A stretch of 64,000 bases of DNA from positions 20,462,001-20,526,000 of the forward strand of contig NC_086118.1 of assembly GCF_963921235.1 (NCBI RefSeq), in the 5' to 3' direction. Position numbers and translations under genes: made by a program. The notes below the pieces were generated by a model. It made no database searches. It was not told where the DNA came from and saw only the letters and a list, made by a program, of their open reading frames with translations. This document shows positions 1 to 13,824 of this stretch, in pieces (the stretch's first letter is position 1; the number at the start of each line of letters is the position of its first letter). This stretch comes from Mobula hypostoma (Eukaryota).

Positions 1-461
1 GAACTATCCTTTTAACAATATTTTCAGTTCTGTTCATCTTTCTTACTTTAACTCTTGTGTTCCTTTAAATCTAACACAACTTGCAGATTTTGCCTATTTG
101 CATTATTCTGTGAACCCACTGCCTTATCCACTAGTTGATGCTTGTATTCTTAGACTAGTCACCACCTTTTGCATCAGTCTGTTCTCTAACATGCAAGCTT
201 CATTGCATTTCATCTTCCTCCTCATTATTTTCATCTATTTCAGATCCCTCTAATGGGTCATCCTCAGTACATCCACATATTACTTTTCTGTTAATGATCT
301 GGAGTTGGTAGGAACCCAATTTAACATTGAGAACAGTTTCAATATAAGTTTTCCTTGTACTGAAACTGTTCTGTGTAGTTAGCTAATCCTTTTCTTTCAA
401 TCTTTTCATCTGTTTTGTTGCATTGCTGCTCCATTGTTTGCACCAACTTAAAATTATTTGA

Positions 462-698
<237 letters not shown>

Positions 699-2037
699 TA
701 GAGGGTCTTGAACCTAGTTGACTTCAGATGGAAATTTTGTCAGCTGAGCCATCACCAACAGATATTGACTTATAATTGTAATAACACATGCAGCATAAAC
801 ACAAAAAAATTATCTTCTCTGAAATGAACCTGGATTTCAAATTACTGTCTTACAAAGAGGAAACTTTGACATGTTGACTTTCTGAACGGGACGTTCTGAA
901 ACCCCAGTGTAGTATTTATGATTTTGTATGTACAATTCAGGAATATTTGGCCACTACAGGCTTTTACAAATAATGATGAAACAAATCATCAATTTTTTAA
1001 ATGTAGTTGGTGATTAAATTGCCTGCACACGGGTAATGTTGAAGACCTCTTACTTTTGACTAAATTTTGTATGTTTTTATTAACAACTTTGTTTTACCAG
1101 AACAAACCAAAATTAATCACTTGCTTCATGCAAATATTACTCCACTTTGCCTTCAGATATGCTATTGTTGATAATAAGAAATAATCAGCAGGAGAGTAGC
1201 ACATTTGTTGGTGTTTTTTTTCCCCCCACTGAGCATCAGGGATCCGTATTTGATTCTAGCTTCTTTTGTTGTTTTGTGGAGTTAGCATACTTCCCTTCCA
1301 GCCACATAGGTTTTGGCAGGTTCTGCCAATTCCCAGAGATTTTCCAGTAGGTTAATTTTCTACTCAATTTACCCCTTGGAGTGATTGCCAGAAAGCTCAA
1401 AGGGTAGCTGATAGGCATGTGAGGAAGTAATTGTTGGGCAACAGGCAAAGTAAGGAGGGGAAATCAATGCAAGATTCTTCTGCTTAGATCCAATGCAACA
1501 AATGACCTCCCTTGTCATAATTAGATAAGTGTATATTAAATGACTTTTTAATTTAAGATTTAGATTAGATCAAATTGACTGGAGACCTCTTACACAATTT
1601 GAAAATGGTTAATTTTATTTTCTGAAAGGGCAAATGTATTTTAATCCACTTCGTAAATTTATTTATTTAGAGCATTACTCGGTCATATAAAGCAGATTAG
1701 CTTTAAGATCAAGCTCTATCACTCCTGGCTGAGCAATATGCCATGAAAATTGTTCAGCACCAGAATAATCTGAATGCATTTCTCATTCCCTGGGCAAAAA
1801 AGTGAAAACTGAATCAGTAGTTGTTTTGCTGCTTTTGTTAAATAATAAGTTGGTTAAAATCATGAATATGGAGCTTGCAGGAACTTTGCAGTATAATAGA
1901 ATGTGTTCATTCAAATAGAACTGATTGAGTGGAGTGCAATGTTTGAAGGTACCAGTTTTGAACCAAAATTCAGTGGAAGAAAATTGTTCTTGATAACTTT
2001 AAGTTCTTATTCTAGAAGTAACGATGTTTTTTGATAG

Positions 2038-2208
<171 letters not shown>

Positions 2209-2229
2209 TAACAAAAAATAATTTCATGG

Positions 2230-2570
2230 ATTTGTTAAGGGAAGCTCCTATCTGGTTAATGTAATTGAATGTTTAAGGTGGTAATGAAGGCTGCCAATGA
2301 AGGTAGTTTTACTGATATAGTCTGCGTAGATTTTACTGTGGATTTGATATGGCAGATTGATGGGGAAAGGAAGCAAAAGCTTATAGAATCTAAGGGAAAG
2401 GGATGTTGGATCAACTAGTCATCATGTTTTAAAGAAAGTAATTGGCTATGCAGTTACTGAGCCACAGCCTAATACAGGAAGATGGGATTCGGCTTTGTGG
2501 CTTTTTCAACTAGCATGGGCATGATTAGCCATATGGAATCCTTCTGCCATAAATGATTTATGATTCTCCA
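2230..2570 (+). mobile_element. Highly decayed CR1 LINE fragment in FOXK2 intron
   Basis: Degenerate remnants of the GKSCLTNLIEFF and VDVVYMDF coding stretches, followed by a CR1-like 3' tail. Confidence 0.45.
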
Positions 2571-2706
2571 AACGTTTGGTGAAAGTGAAAAAGGAACTAG
2601 TGCTTTTCTGGAGTTTATGACGAATAAGTCCGAGTAGAGTTTATTCATTTTGGTGAAAGATATCCCTTAGTATATTAGAGCCTTAATGCAGTTCAGTAGA
2701 ATCTAA

Positions 2707-2973
<267 letters not shown>

Positions 2974-3632
2974 TAATTTTTGGCCTAGTTATTTATGCCA
3001 GTAGCATTTTTCTGGATTTGATGTATTCCATTAAAGATATAATTATAAAACATTTGTTTTAATAAAAATAAATCCAAGTAGCCATTACAAATTTGGACTT
3101 TTACCCTCTAGGCTAGTGTTAATTGTATTTGTTCCAATTTTGCGTAGTGGGTTAAATGCTGATGCTTAGAAAACATTTTTAAAAATATTACCAATAAATA
3201 CTACAAGAGATTATAATTTGACATGATTGAGGCTACTGACATCTGAAAAGATTGAGCCTGGATGAATTGTACACGGCTAATAAGTATTTAGACAAATATG
3301 ACAGGAGGACTGATGTTTGAAAATAGTTTCTAAAATTTTATTATGAGACTGTTGAAAAAGGTCACGCGTTCAAATGCTGCTTAAGTATAGGAATTGAGTT
3401 TTCATTAGAGTTCTGTACAATAATTATTCATGCTCAGTCATATTTTGTCACAGTGTAGTGAAAATGAAAAACTTTTCTTTCATTGATGAAATGATAACAA
3501 TGAAGCATCTGTAAATGAACTGATGAAGCCAATGTAGTTAAATTAATTGTTGGAAATTTTGCCAAGTCAATATTCAGTGTTAGTTATATAACTCATCTTT
3601 CTAAATATAAGTCCCATTAAATGTACATTAGT

Positions 3633-3646
3633 GTGCCACCTGCTGG
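3633..3646 (-). promoter_or_regulatory. Candidate CTCF binding site
   Basis: Reverse complement CCAGCAGGTGGCAC matches the CTCF core consensus CCASYAGRKGGCRS at all 14 positions. Motif match only. Confidence 0.4.
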
Positions 3647-3674
3647 AATGCTAAGGAAATGTAAAATACATGTA

Positions 3675-3880
3675 CAGTGATGCTAGAAAGTTTATGAACC
3701 CTGTAGAATTTTCTCTATTTCTGCATCAGTATGACCAAAATGTGATCAAATCTTTACAGAAGTCCTAAAAGTAGATTGAGAACCCAATTGATTAAATCAC
3801 ACAAACATTGTACTTCATTTATTGAGAAAAATCCAATATTACATGTATTTTTTGAAGAAGTATGTGAACTTCTGGGGATA
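3675..3880. mobile_element. Tc1-like transposon terminal fragment (IR/DR end)
   Basis: TA|CAGTGATGCTAGAAAGTTTATGAACCC terminus, with an inner direct repeat (AAGTATGTGAAC) about 190 bp inside. No transposase seen. Confidence 0.6.
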
Positions 3881-3919
3881 TGCCTTCCCAAAAGCTAGGT
3901 GTTGTGTGCATGTTTTTTT

Positions 3920-5010
3920 TTGGGAGGGTACATTGCTAGAATAGTTGAAACAGTGTTACTAACAGTATTTAAGAGGTGTATTGATCATGAACCAAGTGCT
4001 GGAAAGTGGATCTAATACAAATGAGTGTTTATTAGTGGATATGGATTTGGTAGGCTGCTTGACCTGTTTCTTTGATATGCAACTCTGATTCTTAATGAAC
4101 AGTGGGATTAAATATCAGTTTTAGTTTGGGTGGCAATAACAAGTTGGTGCCAGTATAGGCCCCCAACTATTTAGTTTGTATTTGCGTTTTGAATTGAGGA
4201 AAGCATACCTATTTGGTGATACAAAGTTTCAGGGAGAATTTAACAGATGGGAAGACTTGGCCAATGAAATAGCATGTCGAAAACTGAGGTTATCAACTTC
4301 GATAGTTTAAAAAAAAAGGTCTTTAAATGGTGAGATATTGAAAGGCTTTCTTGTCTGGAAAGACCTAGGTGTCTTTGTAATGAATCACTGAAATGTTAAT
4401 ATGACAGTAGAGCTACAAACTAGTAAGATAGCTGGTGTGTAGGCCTTTAGTGCAAGAAGATTTGAGTTTGAATTGAGTCATTTGCTCCAATTATGTAAAA
4501 CCATGGTGACTGCACATTAGGTGCAACTCTGGTCTCTCTGCCAAAGGAAGCATATACATGTAATAGAGGGAGTGCATCAGTTTAATTCCTGAGATTGGCA
4601 GGTTTCTGGATTAAGACATTAAAAGGGGGCTATAATCTTGCATTTGGAAAATGAGAAGTAATCTTATTAAAATGTACAAAAGTCTCATGTGGCTTAACAA
4701 TAGATGAAGTGAGGATGTTCTAAATACCCCAACCTGAGAAAACGTCATTTTCTCAAATTATCAACAAGGGTCATCCATTCACATTTTTGTTCTAGAAGGT
4801 AGGTAATCTTGGAATTCTCTACCTAAAAAGGCTTTGGAGGTTGTGGCAGAGTATATTAAAAACAAAAGTAGATTTCTGAGTAAGGAAATCAAAGGATATG
4901 AGGTTAATTTAGGAAAGTAATTTAGAGCTCTTGTAGAATGGTGGAGCAGGCACATGGTTCAGTACATGTTGTGTGTGAGGTTCAATGCCCTATATTGCTT
5001 TTATTTCACA
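3920..5010 (+). mobile_element. Old, decayed CR1 LINE 3' fragments
   Basis: Degenerate remnants of the RT C-terminus (LGP.LF, KFADDTK, DLGV, RGFE, VQFWSP-like coding stretches) and CR1-type 3' ends. Confidence 0.55.
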
Positions 5011-5126
5011 TGTTCTGGGGCGGTATGTTGATATTTCAGAAAAATCAGCTAAAATAGCTACCTGGGTTTGAAATATATAGCATCCATAAGTACAAGGTTG
5101 CTCAACACATTCCTCATTTTGCTGAG

Positions 5127-6632
5127 GAATCAGAATCAGGTTTATTATCACCGGCATGTGACGTGAAATTTGTTAACTTAGTAGCAGCAGTTCAATGCAA
5201 TACATAATCTAGCAGAGAGAATAAAATAAAAATAATAAATAAATCAATTACATATATTGAATAGATTTTTTTAAAACATGCAAAAACAGAAATTCTGTAT
5301 TTTTTTTAAAAGTGAGGTGTCCAAAGATTCGATGTCCATTTAGGAATCAGATAGCAGAGGGGAAGAAGCTGTTCCTGAATCGCTGAGTGTGTCCCTTTAG
5401 GCTTCTGTGCCTCCTACCTGATGGTAACAGTGAGAAAAGGGCATGCCCTGGGTGCTGGAGGTCCTTAATAATGGATGCTGCCTTTCTGAGACACCGCTCC
5501 CTAAAGATGTCCTGGGTACTTTGTGGGCTAGTACCAAAGATGGAGCTGACTAGACTTACAACCTTCTGCAGCTTCTTTCGGTGCTGTGCAGTAGCCCCTC
5601 CATAAATACTCTCCACGGTAAAACTATAGAAGTTTTTGAGTGTATTTGTTGACATGCCAAATCTCTTCAAACGCCAAATAAAGTATAGCCGCTGTCTTGC
5701 CTTCTTTGTAACTACAGCAATATGTTGGGACCAGGTTAGATCCTCAGAGATCTTGACACCCAGGAACTTGAAGCTGCTCACTCTCTCCACTTCTGATCCC
5801 TCGATGAGGATTGGTATGTGTTCCTTCGTCTTGCCCTTCCTGAAGTCCACAATTAGCTCTTCCGTATTACTGATGTTGAGTGCCAGGTTGTTGCTGCGGC
5901 ACCACTCCACTAGTTGGCATATCTCACTCCTGTACGCCCTCTCGTCACCACCTGAGGTTCTACCAACAATGGTTGTATCATCAGCAAATTTATAGATGGT
6001 ATTTGAGCTAAGCCTAGCCACAGTCATGTGTATACAGTGAGTAGAGCAGTGGGCTAAGCACACACCCCTGAGGTGCGCCAGTGTTGATCGTCAGCTAGGA
6101 GGATATGTTATTAAATGCTGAGCTATAGTCAATGAACAGCATTCTGGCATAGGTGTTTGTGTTGTCCAGGTGGTCTAAAGCCGTGTGGAGAGCCATTGAG
6201 ATTGCGTCTGCCATTGACCTGTTGTGGCAATAGGCAAATTGCAATACGTTCAGGTCCTTGCTGAGGCTGGAGTTTAGTTTAGTCATGACCAACCTTTCAA
6301 AGCATTTCATCACTGTCGATGTGAATGCTCCAGGTGATGGTCATTAAGGCAGCCCACATTATTCTTCTTAGGCACTGGTATAATTGTTGCCTTTCTGAAG
6401 CAAGTGGGAACTTCCACCCATAACAGTGAGAGGTTGAAAATGGCCTTGAATACTCCTGTGAGTTGGTTGGCACAGGTTTTCAGAGCCTTACCAGGTACTC
6501 CATCAGGACCTTCCACCTTGCAAGAGTTCACTCTCTTTAAGGACAGCCTAATGTCGGCCTCTGAGTCAGAGATCACAGGATCATCAGCTGCAGCAGGTAT
6601 TTCACAGTTGTAGTTGTGTTCTCCCTTTCAAA
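5127..6632 (-). mobile_element. Rex1/Babar-like non-LTR retrotransposon, 5'-truncated
   Basis: Minus-strand ORFs 6310-6576, 6095-6313 and 5347-6063 give RT motifs ([78 protein letters not shown]). The 3' end has AATAAA plus a (CTGATT)n tail at ~5127-5146. Confidence 0.85.
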
Positions 6633-6805
6633 TCCTGTTGCGAAATCATAGGCTTCATTAACATTTTTCTAGTCCTTATTGACCAAAAGCTGATGCAAGT
6701 ATTAGCAGCTGTCTTAACAAGAGCAGATAGACTTTGTTCATTTGTTTTGTTTCTTAGCTAGCATAGGTGTCCTTTCTAAGTTCAGTATTATTGATGCAGT
6801 AGATA

Positions 6806-8393
6806 CAGTGGCATGCAAGAGTTTAGGCACCCCGGTCAAAGTTTCTGTTACTGTGAAAAGCTAAGTGAGTAGAAGATGAACTGATCTCCAAAAGTCATAA
6901 AATGTGCAAAAGAATGTGTCATCTTTAACTTTAAGCAAGATTAGTGTTTTTTTTTGTTTTGTACAATTTTGGAGTGGGGGGGGTAAAGGAAAGCAGCACG
7001 ATGCAAAAGTTTGGGCACCCCAAGAGTTTTGAGCTGTCAGATAACTTTTACCAAGGTCTCAGACCTTAATTAGCTTGTTAGGGCTATGGCTTGTTCACAG
7101 TCATCGTTAGGAAAGGCCAGGTGATGCAAATTTCAAAGCTTTATAAATACCCTGACTCCTCAAACCTTGTCCCAACAATCAGCAGCCATGAACTCCTCTA
7201 AGCAGCTGCCTAGCACTCTGACAATTAAAATAAATGATGCCCACAAAGCAGGAGAAAGCTATAAGAAGATAACAAAGTGTTTTCAGGTAGCCGTTTCCTG
7301 AATGTAATGTAATTAAGAAATGGCAGTTAACAGGAACGGTGGAGGTCAAGTTGAGGTCTGGATTACCAAGAAAACTTTCCGAGAGAACTGCTTGTAGGAT
7401 TGCTAGAAAGGCAAATCAGAACTACCGTTTGACTGCAAAAGACCTTCGGGAAGGTTTATCAGACTTTGGAGTGGTGGGGCACTGTTCTACTGTGCAGTGA
7501 CACCTGCACAATTATGACCTTCATGGAAGAGTCATCAGAAGAAGACCTTTCTGCGTCCTCACCACAAAATTCAGCGTCAGAAGTTTGCAAAGGAACATCT
7601 AAACAAGTCTGATGGCATTTTGGAAACAAGTCCTGTGGACTGATGAAGTTAAAATAGAATTTTTTGGCCACAATGAACAAAGGTATATTTGGAGAAAAGG
7701 TGCAGAATTTCATGAAAAGAACACCTCTGCAACTGTTAAGCACGGGGGGTGGATCGATCATGCTTTGGGCTTGTGTTGCAGCCAGTGGCACGGGGAACAT
7801 TTCACAGGTAGAGGGAAGAATGAATTCAATTAATTCTGAAAGCAAACATCACACCGTCTGTATAAAAGCTGCCGATGAAAAGAGGGTGGCTTCTACAACA
7901 GGATAATGATCCTGAACACACCTCAAAATCCACAATGGACTACCTCAAGAGGCGCAGGCTTCACAGTCTCCCGACCTAAACATAATCAAAAACCTGTGGA
8001 TAGACCTCAAAAGAGCAGTACATGCAAGACGGCACAAGAATCTCACAGAACTAGAAGCCTCCTGCAAGGAAGAATAGGCAAAAATCCCTCAAACAAGAAT
8101 TGAAAGACTCTTAGCTGGCTACAGAAAGTGTTTACAAGCTGTGATACTTGCCAAAGGGGATGTTACTGAGAACTGACCATGCAGAGTGCCCAAACCTTTA
8201 CTTTGGGCCCTTTTCCTTTTTTGTTATTTTGAAAGTGTAAAAGATGGAAGTAAAGTAACCTTGCTTAAAATATTAAAGAAATGTGCCATCTTTAACCTTA
8301 TGCCTTTTGGAAATCAGGTCATCTTTTACTCACTTAGCTATTCACAATAACAGAAATTTTGACCAGGGCTGCCCAAACTTTTGCATGCCCCTG
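6806..8393 (+). mobile_element. Near full-length Tc1-family (IR/DR) DNA transposon, inactivated
   Basis: TA|CAGTGGCATGCAAGAGTTTAGGCACCCC ... GGGCTGCCCAAACTTTTGCATGCCCCTG|TG, with ~210-bp TIRs and inner DRs near 7000-7021 and 8183-8200. Confidence 0.92.
7188..8176 (+). pseudogene. Tc1 transposase pseudogene
   Basis: ATG at 7188 (MNSSKQLPSTLTIKINDAHKAGESYKKI...). Motifs WKQVLWTDEVKIEFF, KHGGGSIMLWAC, QQDNDPEH and SPDLNIIKNLW. Multiple stops and frameshifts; the third catalytic Glu reads as Lys (AAA at 7988-7990). Confidence 0.88.
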
Positions 8394-9394
8394 TGATTGT
8401 TTCTGCAATGGCTTATTTCCTACCTCCATTTTGGCCATTCCTGCCATAGTGGCCAAATCAAGTTATAAGTGTAATAAGCCTTCCTCTATTAGCACTACCT
8501 GATATGCTGCACATTTCCTGAAGCTCTGCATTTCACAGATTTTATCTTCCTTTATTCATGTGCACTCTCCCATACTCCTTCCCGATTATACACCCCTCCC
8601 CCCAAGTTTCCCCTCACGATTTTTGTTTCATCACCATGGCAACAATGGTCTTGCACTATCATGGATCTTTCCATTATCATTTTCTGCCCTACCCTGACTC
8701 TGTTCATCTGAAAACTAACTTGTTTTATTTTTTGTTCTGCCACAGGGAATTAACCTGAAATATTAAATCCTTCTGCAGATATTGTTTGATCTGCTGTTTA
8801 CTATATGATCTGTTATTTTAGATTAGTTATTTTACATTTTCTTTGGTTTTCAGTTTGTTTCCTTTTTGTTTACCATTGTTTTCAGGTTTATTTTCCAGTC
8901 ATGAGCATTCGTGGATTATTTCAATAGAAATCTAGTTTTCATTTCTGAGGAAATGTATATGTGATGTATCTTGGGGTGGTGGTTGGGAGAGGGGAGCGGT
9001 GGGAACACATGAAGGAAATGTGTATCTGAAGCGAAACAAATAGATGAGGAAAATTTAAAGTGATGAGTCTATGAAGAGGTATTCCAGGTGAAAATCCATT
9101 TGGAATTTGTGCAAGCCTAACCTCAGGACATTAACTGAATAAACAATCTGTGCATGATTATAATGGTCTGGTGGATTTCTTTGGGTAAGATAGTAATGGA
9201 TTATCACCTGTAGCCATATCGGGTCAGAATTGCATGGTTTTTACTATGCAGATTGCTGTTACACTGTGTTCTAGTCTTTGTTTCTTGAAGAGATGTAGAT
9301 GTAGAAGCCACTGGTTGGTTCCCAGTGCAATCATTCTTGTCTGCAAGCAGCATTATTTTTTAAAGAAATAATGAAACATTCTAGACTATTGACA

Positions 9395-9545
9395 CAGCAT
9401 GGTAGTGTAAAGCTAGCACAACACTTTACAGTGCTAGCGATTGGGATTTAGTTCGCACTGCCGCCTGCTTTACCTGTGACTACATAAATTTCCTCTGGGT
9501 ACTTTGGTTTCCTCCTCCATTCTAAAGACTTGTGGGTTAGTTCGG
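9395..9545 (+). mobile_element. V-SINE (HE1-like) fragment
   Basis: tRNA-like head followed by the V-domain-like TTTCCTCTGGGTACTTTGGTTTCCTCCTCCATTCTAAAGAC. Confidence 0.6.
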
Positions 9546-9551
9546 GTAGCA

Positions 9552-9725
9552 TATACACAATGCTGGAGAAACTCAGCAGGTCAGGCAGCATCGATGGAAA
9601 TCAATATCAGTCAATGTTCTAGGTTGAGAACCTTCTTCAGAATTGAAAAGGAAAGGGGAAGAAGCCAGAATAAGAAAGGAGGGAAAGAAGTAAGAGCCAG
9701 AAGGTGTGGGTGAAACCAGGTTGGA
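9552..9725 (-). mobile_element. Penelope-like element terminal (PLTR) fragment with decayed hammerhead motif
   Basis: Reverse complement matches the terminal unit at 36098-36234 and 36885-37005 (CTGAAGA-stem-AGAA-CATTGAC...GATGCTGCCTGACCTGCTGAGTTTCTCCAGCATTGTGT). Confidence 0.7.
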
Positions 9726-11339
9726 TGAGTCTGTTAGTGAAGGGTGAGGCTATGTTGAAAAATGGCAACACTTGCTGACAGCTCCCAGCACATCCTTGGA
9801 ATCTGTTGGTGGTTGATGTGTACAGCACATTTCATAATGTTTTGATAGACATGTGACAAATAATGTTAACCTTTAAACTGTTTTGGACTAGTTTTGAAGA
9901 ATAATTGTGCAGTTATTCTGTTTTTGACAGCTTTTGAAAGAATGTGAAGTTACTATTTGAATTCCCCATGTCACTGTCCTTTTGCACCTTTCTTTTCTCT
10001 CCAACCTTCCTTAAGTGACAGCAGCCTTCACAGCTAAGTACTTATCATTACTCATATGCCCAAACTTCATTCCACACTTTGTGAGAACTACTAATTCAGT
10101 GCTATTCTGCAATACAAAGTAACATGCACTCATTTTTAAAAATTTGATACTCTATATAAATCAGAATATAATGATAAGTATACCAATCAGGTCATGGTGA
10201 TCTCTTGATCATGTGGAAAGCATATTTTTTTTATTAAGGAGTTGTTAACCAAAATATAGATGTCCTTCACCTTCGAAATGCTTCACCAATTCTTTATTTG
10301 ACTTGAATACACTTTTAGTGGCAGTACTGATGGGGATTGGAACTATGGGGAAAAGACATGTTTCATGTGCAGGTTTGTTGCAGTACAGTGAATGTTTGGG
10401 TGTCTGTGACAGCTTTTATTAGAAGTAACAGTGTCTTCAAGGATATGTATGTGCACTGCTCTGGCCATAATCTTGTACAATTTTTGACAAAACCATTCTT
10501 TGTTGAAAATCCTGCAATTTAATCCTGAAAAGATTAATCTTGTTGTTCACCAGGGTTCCCATGGCTTTGAAAGTACTGTGTTTAAGGCCAATAATGGGTT
10601 TTCTTTGTAGGTATTGTTGAACACTGATATTGTGACAAAGTTGAGCTATTGTACTGTTTGATTACTCCAGCACAGATTAAATTCCAAAATATTCAGCTTC
10701 TTTGTTGTAACTTACTGAGTTTTCAGCTGTTGATGTCTTGGTGTTTGAATAACATCAAGGCCTGACCTCTGGAAATTGAGGCTAATAAGTGCAAACCTGA
10801 GCAAAGTTCATATGGGAAAGTTAACTGTTCTGCAAAAATGGTCAACTGCATAGGTAAAGCTGTGCTGGCTTTTCCACCATCATCCACTTACTTCTGTTTT
10901 CTGGATGATTTGTTTCCACCTCAATTTCTGAGGTTGCAGATGACCAAAGTGTGCTGCAAGTATTGCAAAAGATTGTTGAAGGGGTAAGTAGGTAGATGAA
11001 GAAGTGCTGTATTCCTTTTAGTTATGTAGCCCTTTGATATATCTCTAAGAAGGCCAACCCAAAAATGCCGTCTTGATTTTTTTGACAGTTGAAGGGGACC
11101 AGAGTCAGAATTGGGTTTAATATCACCAACAAATGTTGTGATGTTAGAAGATTTTGAGAACATCCTTCAATTTATTTTTCTTCTGCCCACCTAGTAATCG
11201 CTGGTTATGACAGTTGAAATTGTTTTTTTTTCTGGGCTGTGCAACAGTGAATTGCATGTAAATAGGGCTTCAGTGCTGAGAGTTAGCTTGGGAGAGAACA
11301 ATGACGTTGGCTTTCTTTTCCTGCAGTGGGTGCTCCACC

Positions 11340-12050
11340 TTACTATCAACCAGCTGTGGAGATGCAGCAAATAGTTAAGGTGGTAAATGATATGTTGGTC
11401 TTCTTTGGAAAAGGTCTTGTATAGAGAAACATCTTTATTTCCTGATGCAGACTTTCAACTTGAAAGGTCAATGACTCCTTGCCTCTGTTTTCCCCTACCT
11501 TCCCCACCATATGCCACTCGATCTACTGAGTCGTTGCTCTAGCAGATCGTTTATTGCTCAACTGTGTCATCCACAATGCAGGACTTTGGTCAGAGCTTAG
11601 CTAGAGGATTGCGATCTCGCTAACTGAGAACGGATATACTTGCCATAGAGGGAGTACTACTAACCTTTCTCAGACTGATTTCTCAAATGTCAGGGCTATC
11701 ATATGAAGGGCAATTAAGTCTCAGAAGAATGAGAGGAGTGCTCATTAAAATGTACAAAATTTAGATGAGACTCATCAAGCTCGATACAGGAACAATGGTT
11801 TACATTTGGGGATAGGGTTGGCTTGCAGTCTGAAGGTGAGGTAAAAAGCCATTTAGGACTGAGGTGAGAAATTTCTTTAGTCTAAAGGTAATGAATGTGA
11901 GGAATTCTGTCATGTAAGTATGTATGTATAGTTATGGAGATGGCTAAATTTCTAAAAATAAAAGGCATCAAAGGATGCAGGGTGAATGTGGAAATATGGT
12001 ATTGAAGTATTGGATCAGCCATGATCATATTAATCCTGGTCCTGTTTTGC
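11340..12050 (+). mobile_element. Decayed CR1 3' fragment interrupted by a Penelope-type terminal piece (~11440-11560)
   Basis: CR1 RT C-terminal remnants (ANGMLAF, DILAIEGV, RMRG.LI, RTEVR.NFF). The insert carries CCTGATGCAG...TGAAA and the ...GATCTACTGAG...CTAGCAG terminal motif. Confidence 0.55.
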
Positions 12051-12925
12051 TACTTGGAGAAATATACTGCCATATTCGTCATTCAGAATGCTAGTGATAG
12101 AGTTGGGATAAAATAGACATCCATGTAATATGATTTACTGCAAAGAAAGTATATTGAATATGTTGGGTTTTTTTCATATATATAAAAAGTCAATTTATAT
12201 TGCGGTTGGGCAGAACAAAGGACAATATGCCATTTGATGTAACATTGGGTCATTTTGGTGTTGTGAAAGGTGATAAACAACTGCAAAACAATATGGAGGT
12301 TGCATTTGAGGAAGTTTACTTAATTAAGGAATTAAGAGTGAATTTTTTGAGAATATACTGTGGTCCTGAAAAGAAGTAATAAAGAGACTCCGTGTAGTTA
12401 CAGCACGCAGGCAGAAATTATTTAGTTTGCAGTTTCATAGAAATGGATGGAAAACAGCAAGTCAAGGATGAAATGAGCTCAGAAGGCTGAGGAATATGAA
12501 AGAAACTAGATGAGACCCAGAAGATGTCATGGATTGGTGTGCAAAGGGGAATGAAAAATAATGAAGGCAAAAGATATTAAACAGTGATATTAAATCTGAT
12601 TCTGAAGTTGCTGTTCACACTGGTAACAAAAGATGCAGAACTTCCTGATCTAATTGTATATTATGTTTAGGGGTATTTAGTAGCAAAGGAAAAATGTTCC
12701 ATATTACAGTTGCTTTGCAAAATGAACTTTAAATTATTTAGACAGAAGTAAGTACACCTGATCCATCAGAGCCTAATACTGGATAGCTCTGTACCATATC
12801 CATTAGCCTGTGATTTTTGAATTGAAGGAGTGAAAATGAGCTGTTTGAGGAAGCAGGAAGCAGCTTAACATATCTGATCTTGTTTTTTTTTAATAAGGTT
12901 GCAATACTTTGGTTGAAAAGTGGTA

Positions 12926-13824
12926 CAGTGGTTTCTGGTTAATTGGGCCATTAGTTAATCGGGGTGGCTGCTTATTTAGGGCAGTCCACCTTAATTCAGA
13001 ATGTTTGGAAAAACACACAGCTGGAATTTCTGCCTGCCAATAAAACATCTTTAGTGCCATTGGATATGGAATTATAACAATTTTATAGTTGTTGTAGGTA
13101 GATGGTGAACCACATTCTCAAAGTAAATGAAGAAAATCTACTGACATATTCAGCAGCTAAGGAAGTGAGTGCAACAGTTAACATGTTACAGGCAGTACAG
13201 TTTGTCACTGGTTGGCAGAAATAAGCAGTAAGACAGTTCAGAACCGTTTTACTCACCACAGTTTCAAACATTCAGGCTTGGAGATGCCAGGAGTGAAAAA
13301 AAGAAACAATTTTACTACAAGTTAGGAAGTACGAAGAATTTGAAGGTATCAACAATCATTTTGAATGTTGCAATGAAAATATAGATTTGGAGGATGTAAT
13401 CATTGAAGGTATTGTATGAAAACATCAAGGTAGGAAATATGAAGATGAGGAAAGTGAAGATGACACTTCTGAACTTGAGTAGTGACAACACAGGATGTCA
13501 GGAAATGTATTGTAGGATTACGACACTATTTTATGTAGGAGGGCAATAAAGGCAATCCGTTATCAGTATTAGGTGCCTGTACTGATTTGATATACTAGTT
13601 GATAACTAGTAGGAACTTAATGCAGTTTTATAGAACTGTAGTCTTGGTAGTGTTCTAATTTGTTCTGTATTTCATTTAATTACATAATCTGTTACTTAAA
13701 TGGTACTCTTGTCTTTTTTTTAATATACCTAATTATTTCTATGAAACTTCAGCTAATTGGGGCACAGACTAATTGGGCCAAAATGTACCAATCTTGACAT
13801 GTCCCAATTATCCAGAATCTATTA
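12926..13824 (+). mobile_element. Tigger/pogo-like DNA transposon, internally deleted
   Basis: TA|CAGTGGTTTCTGGTTAATTGGGCCA ... TGTCCCAATTATCCAGAATCTATTA|TA, ~25-bp TIRs. Internal LEFLPANKTSLVPLDM(GII) at ~13021-13075 resembles the DDE_1 FLPPNTTS.IQPLDQGII motif. Confidence 0.8.

Noticed and set aside
5347..6063. 238-aa ORF as a host gene (ALKBH8-N/DUF1891-like)
   Set aside because: It is the RT C-terminus of a Rex1/Babar retrotransposon, flanked by other broken RT frames and a microsatellite tail.
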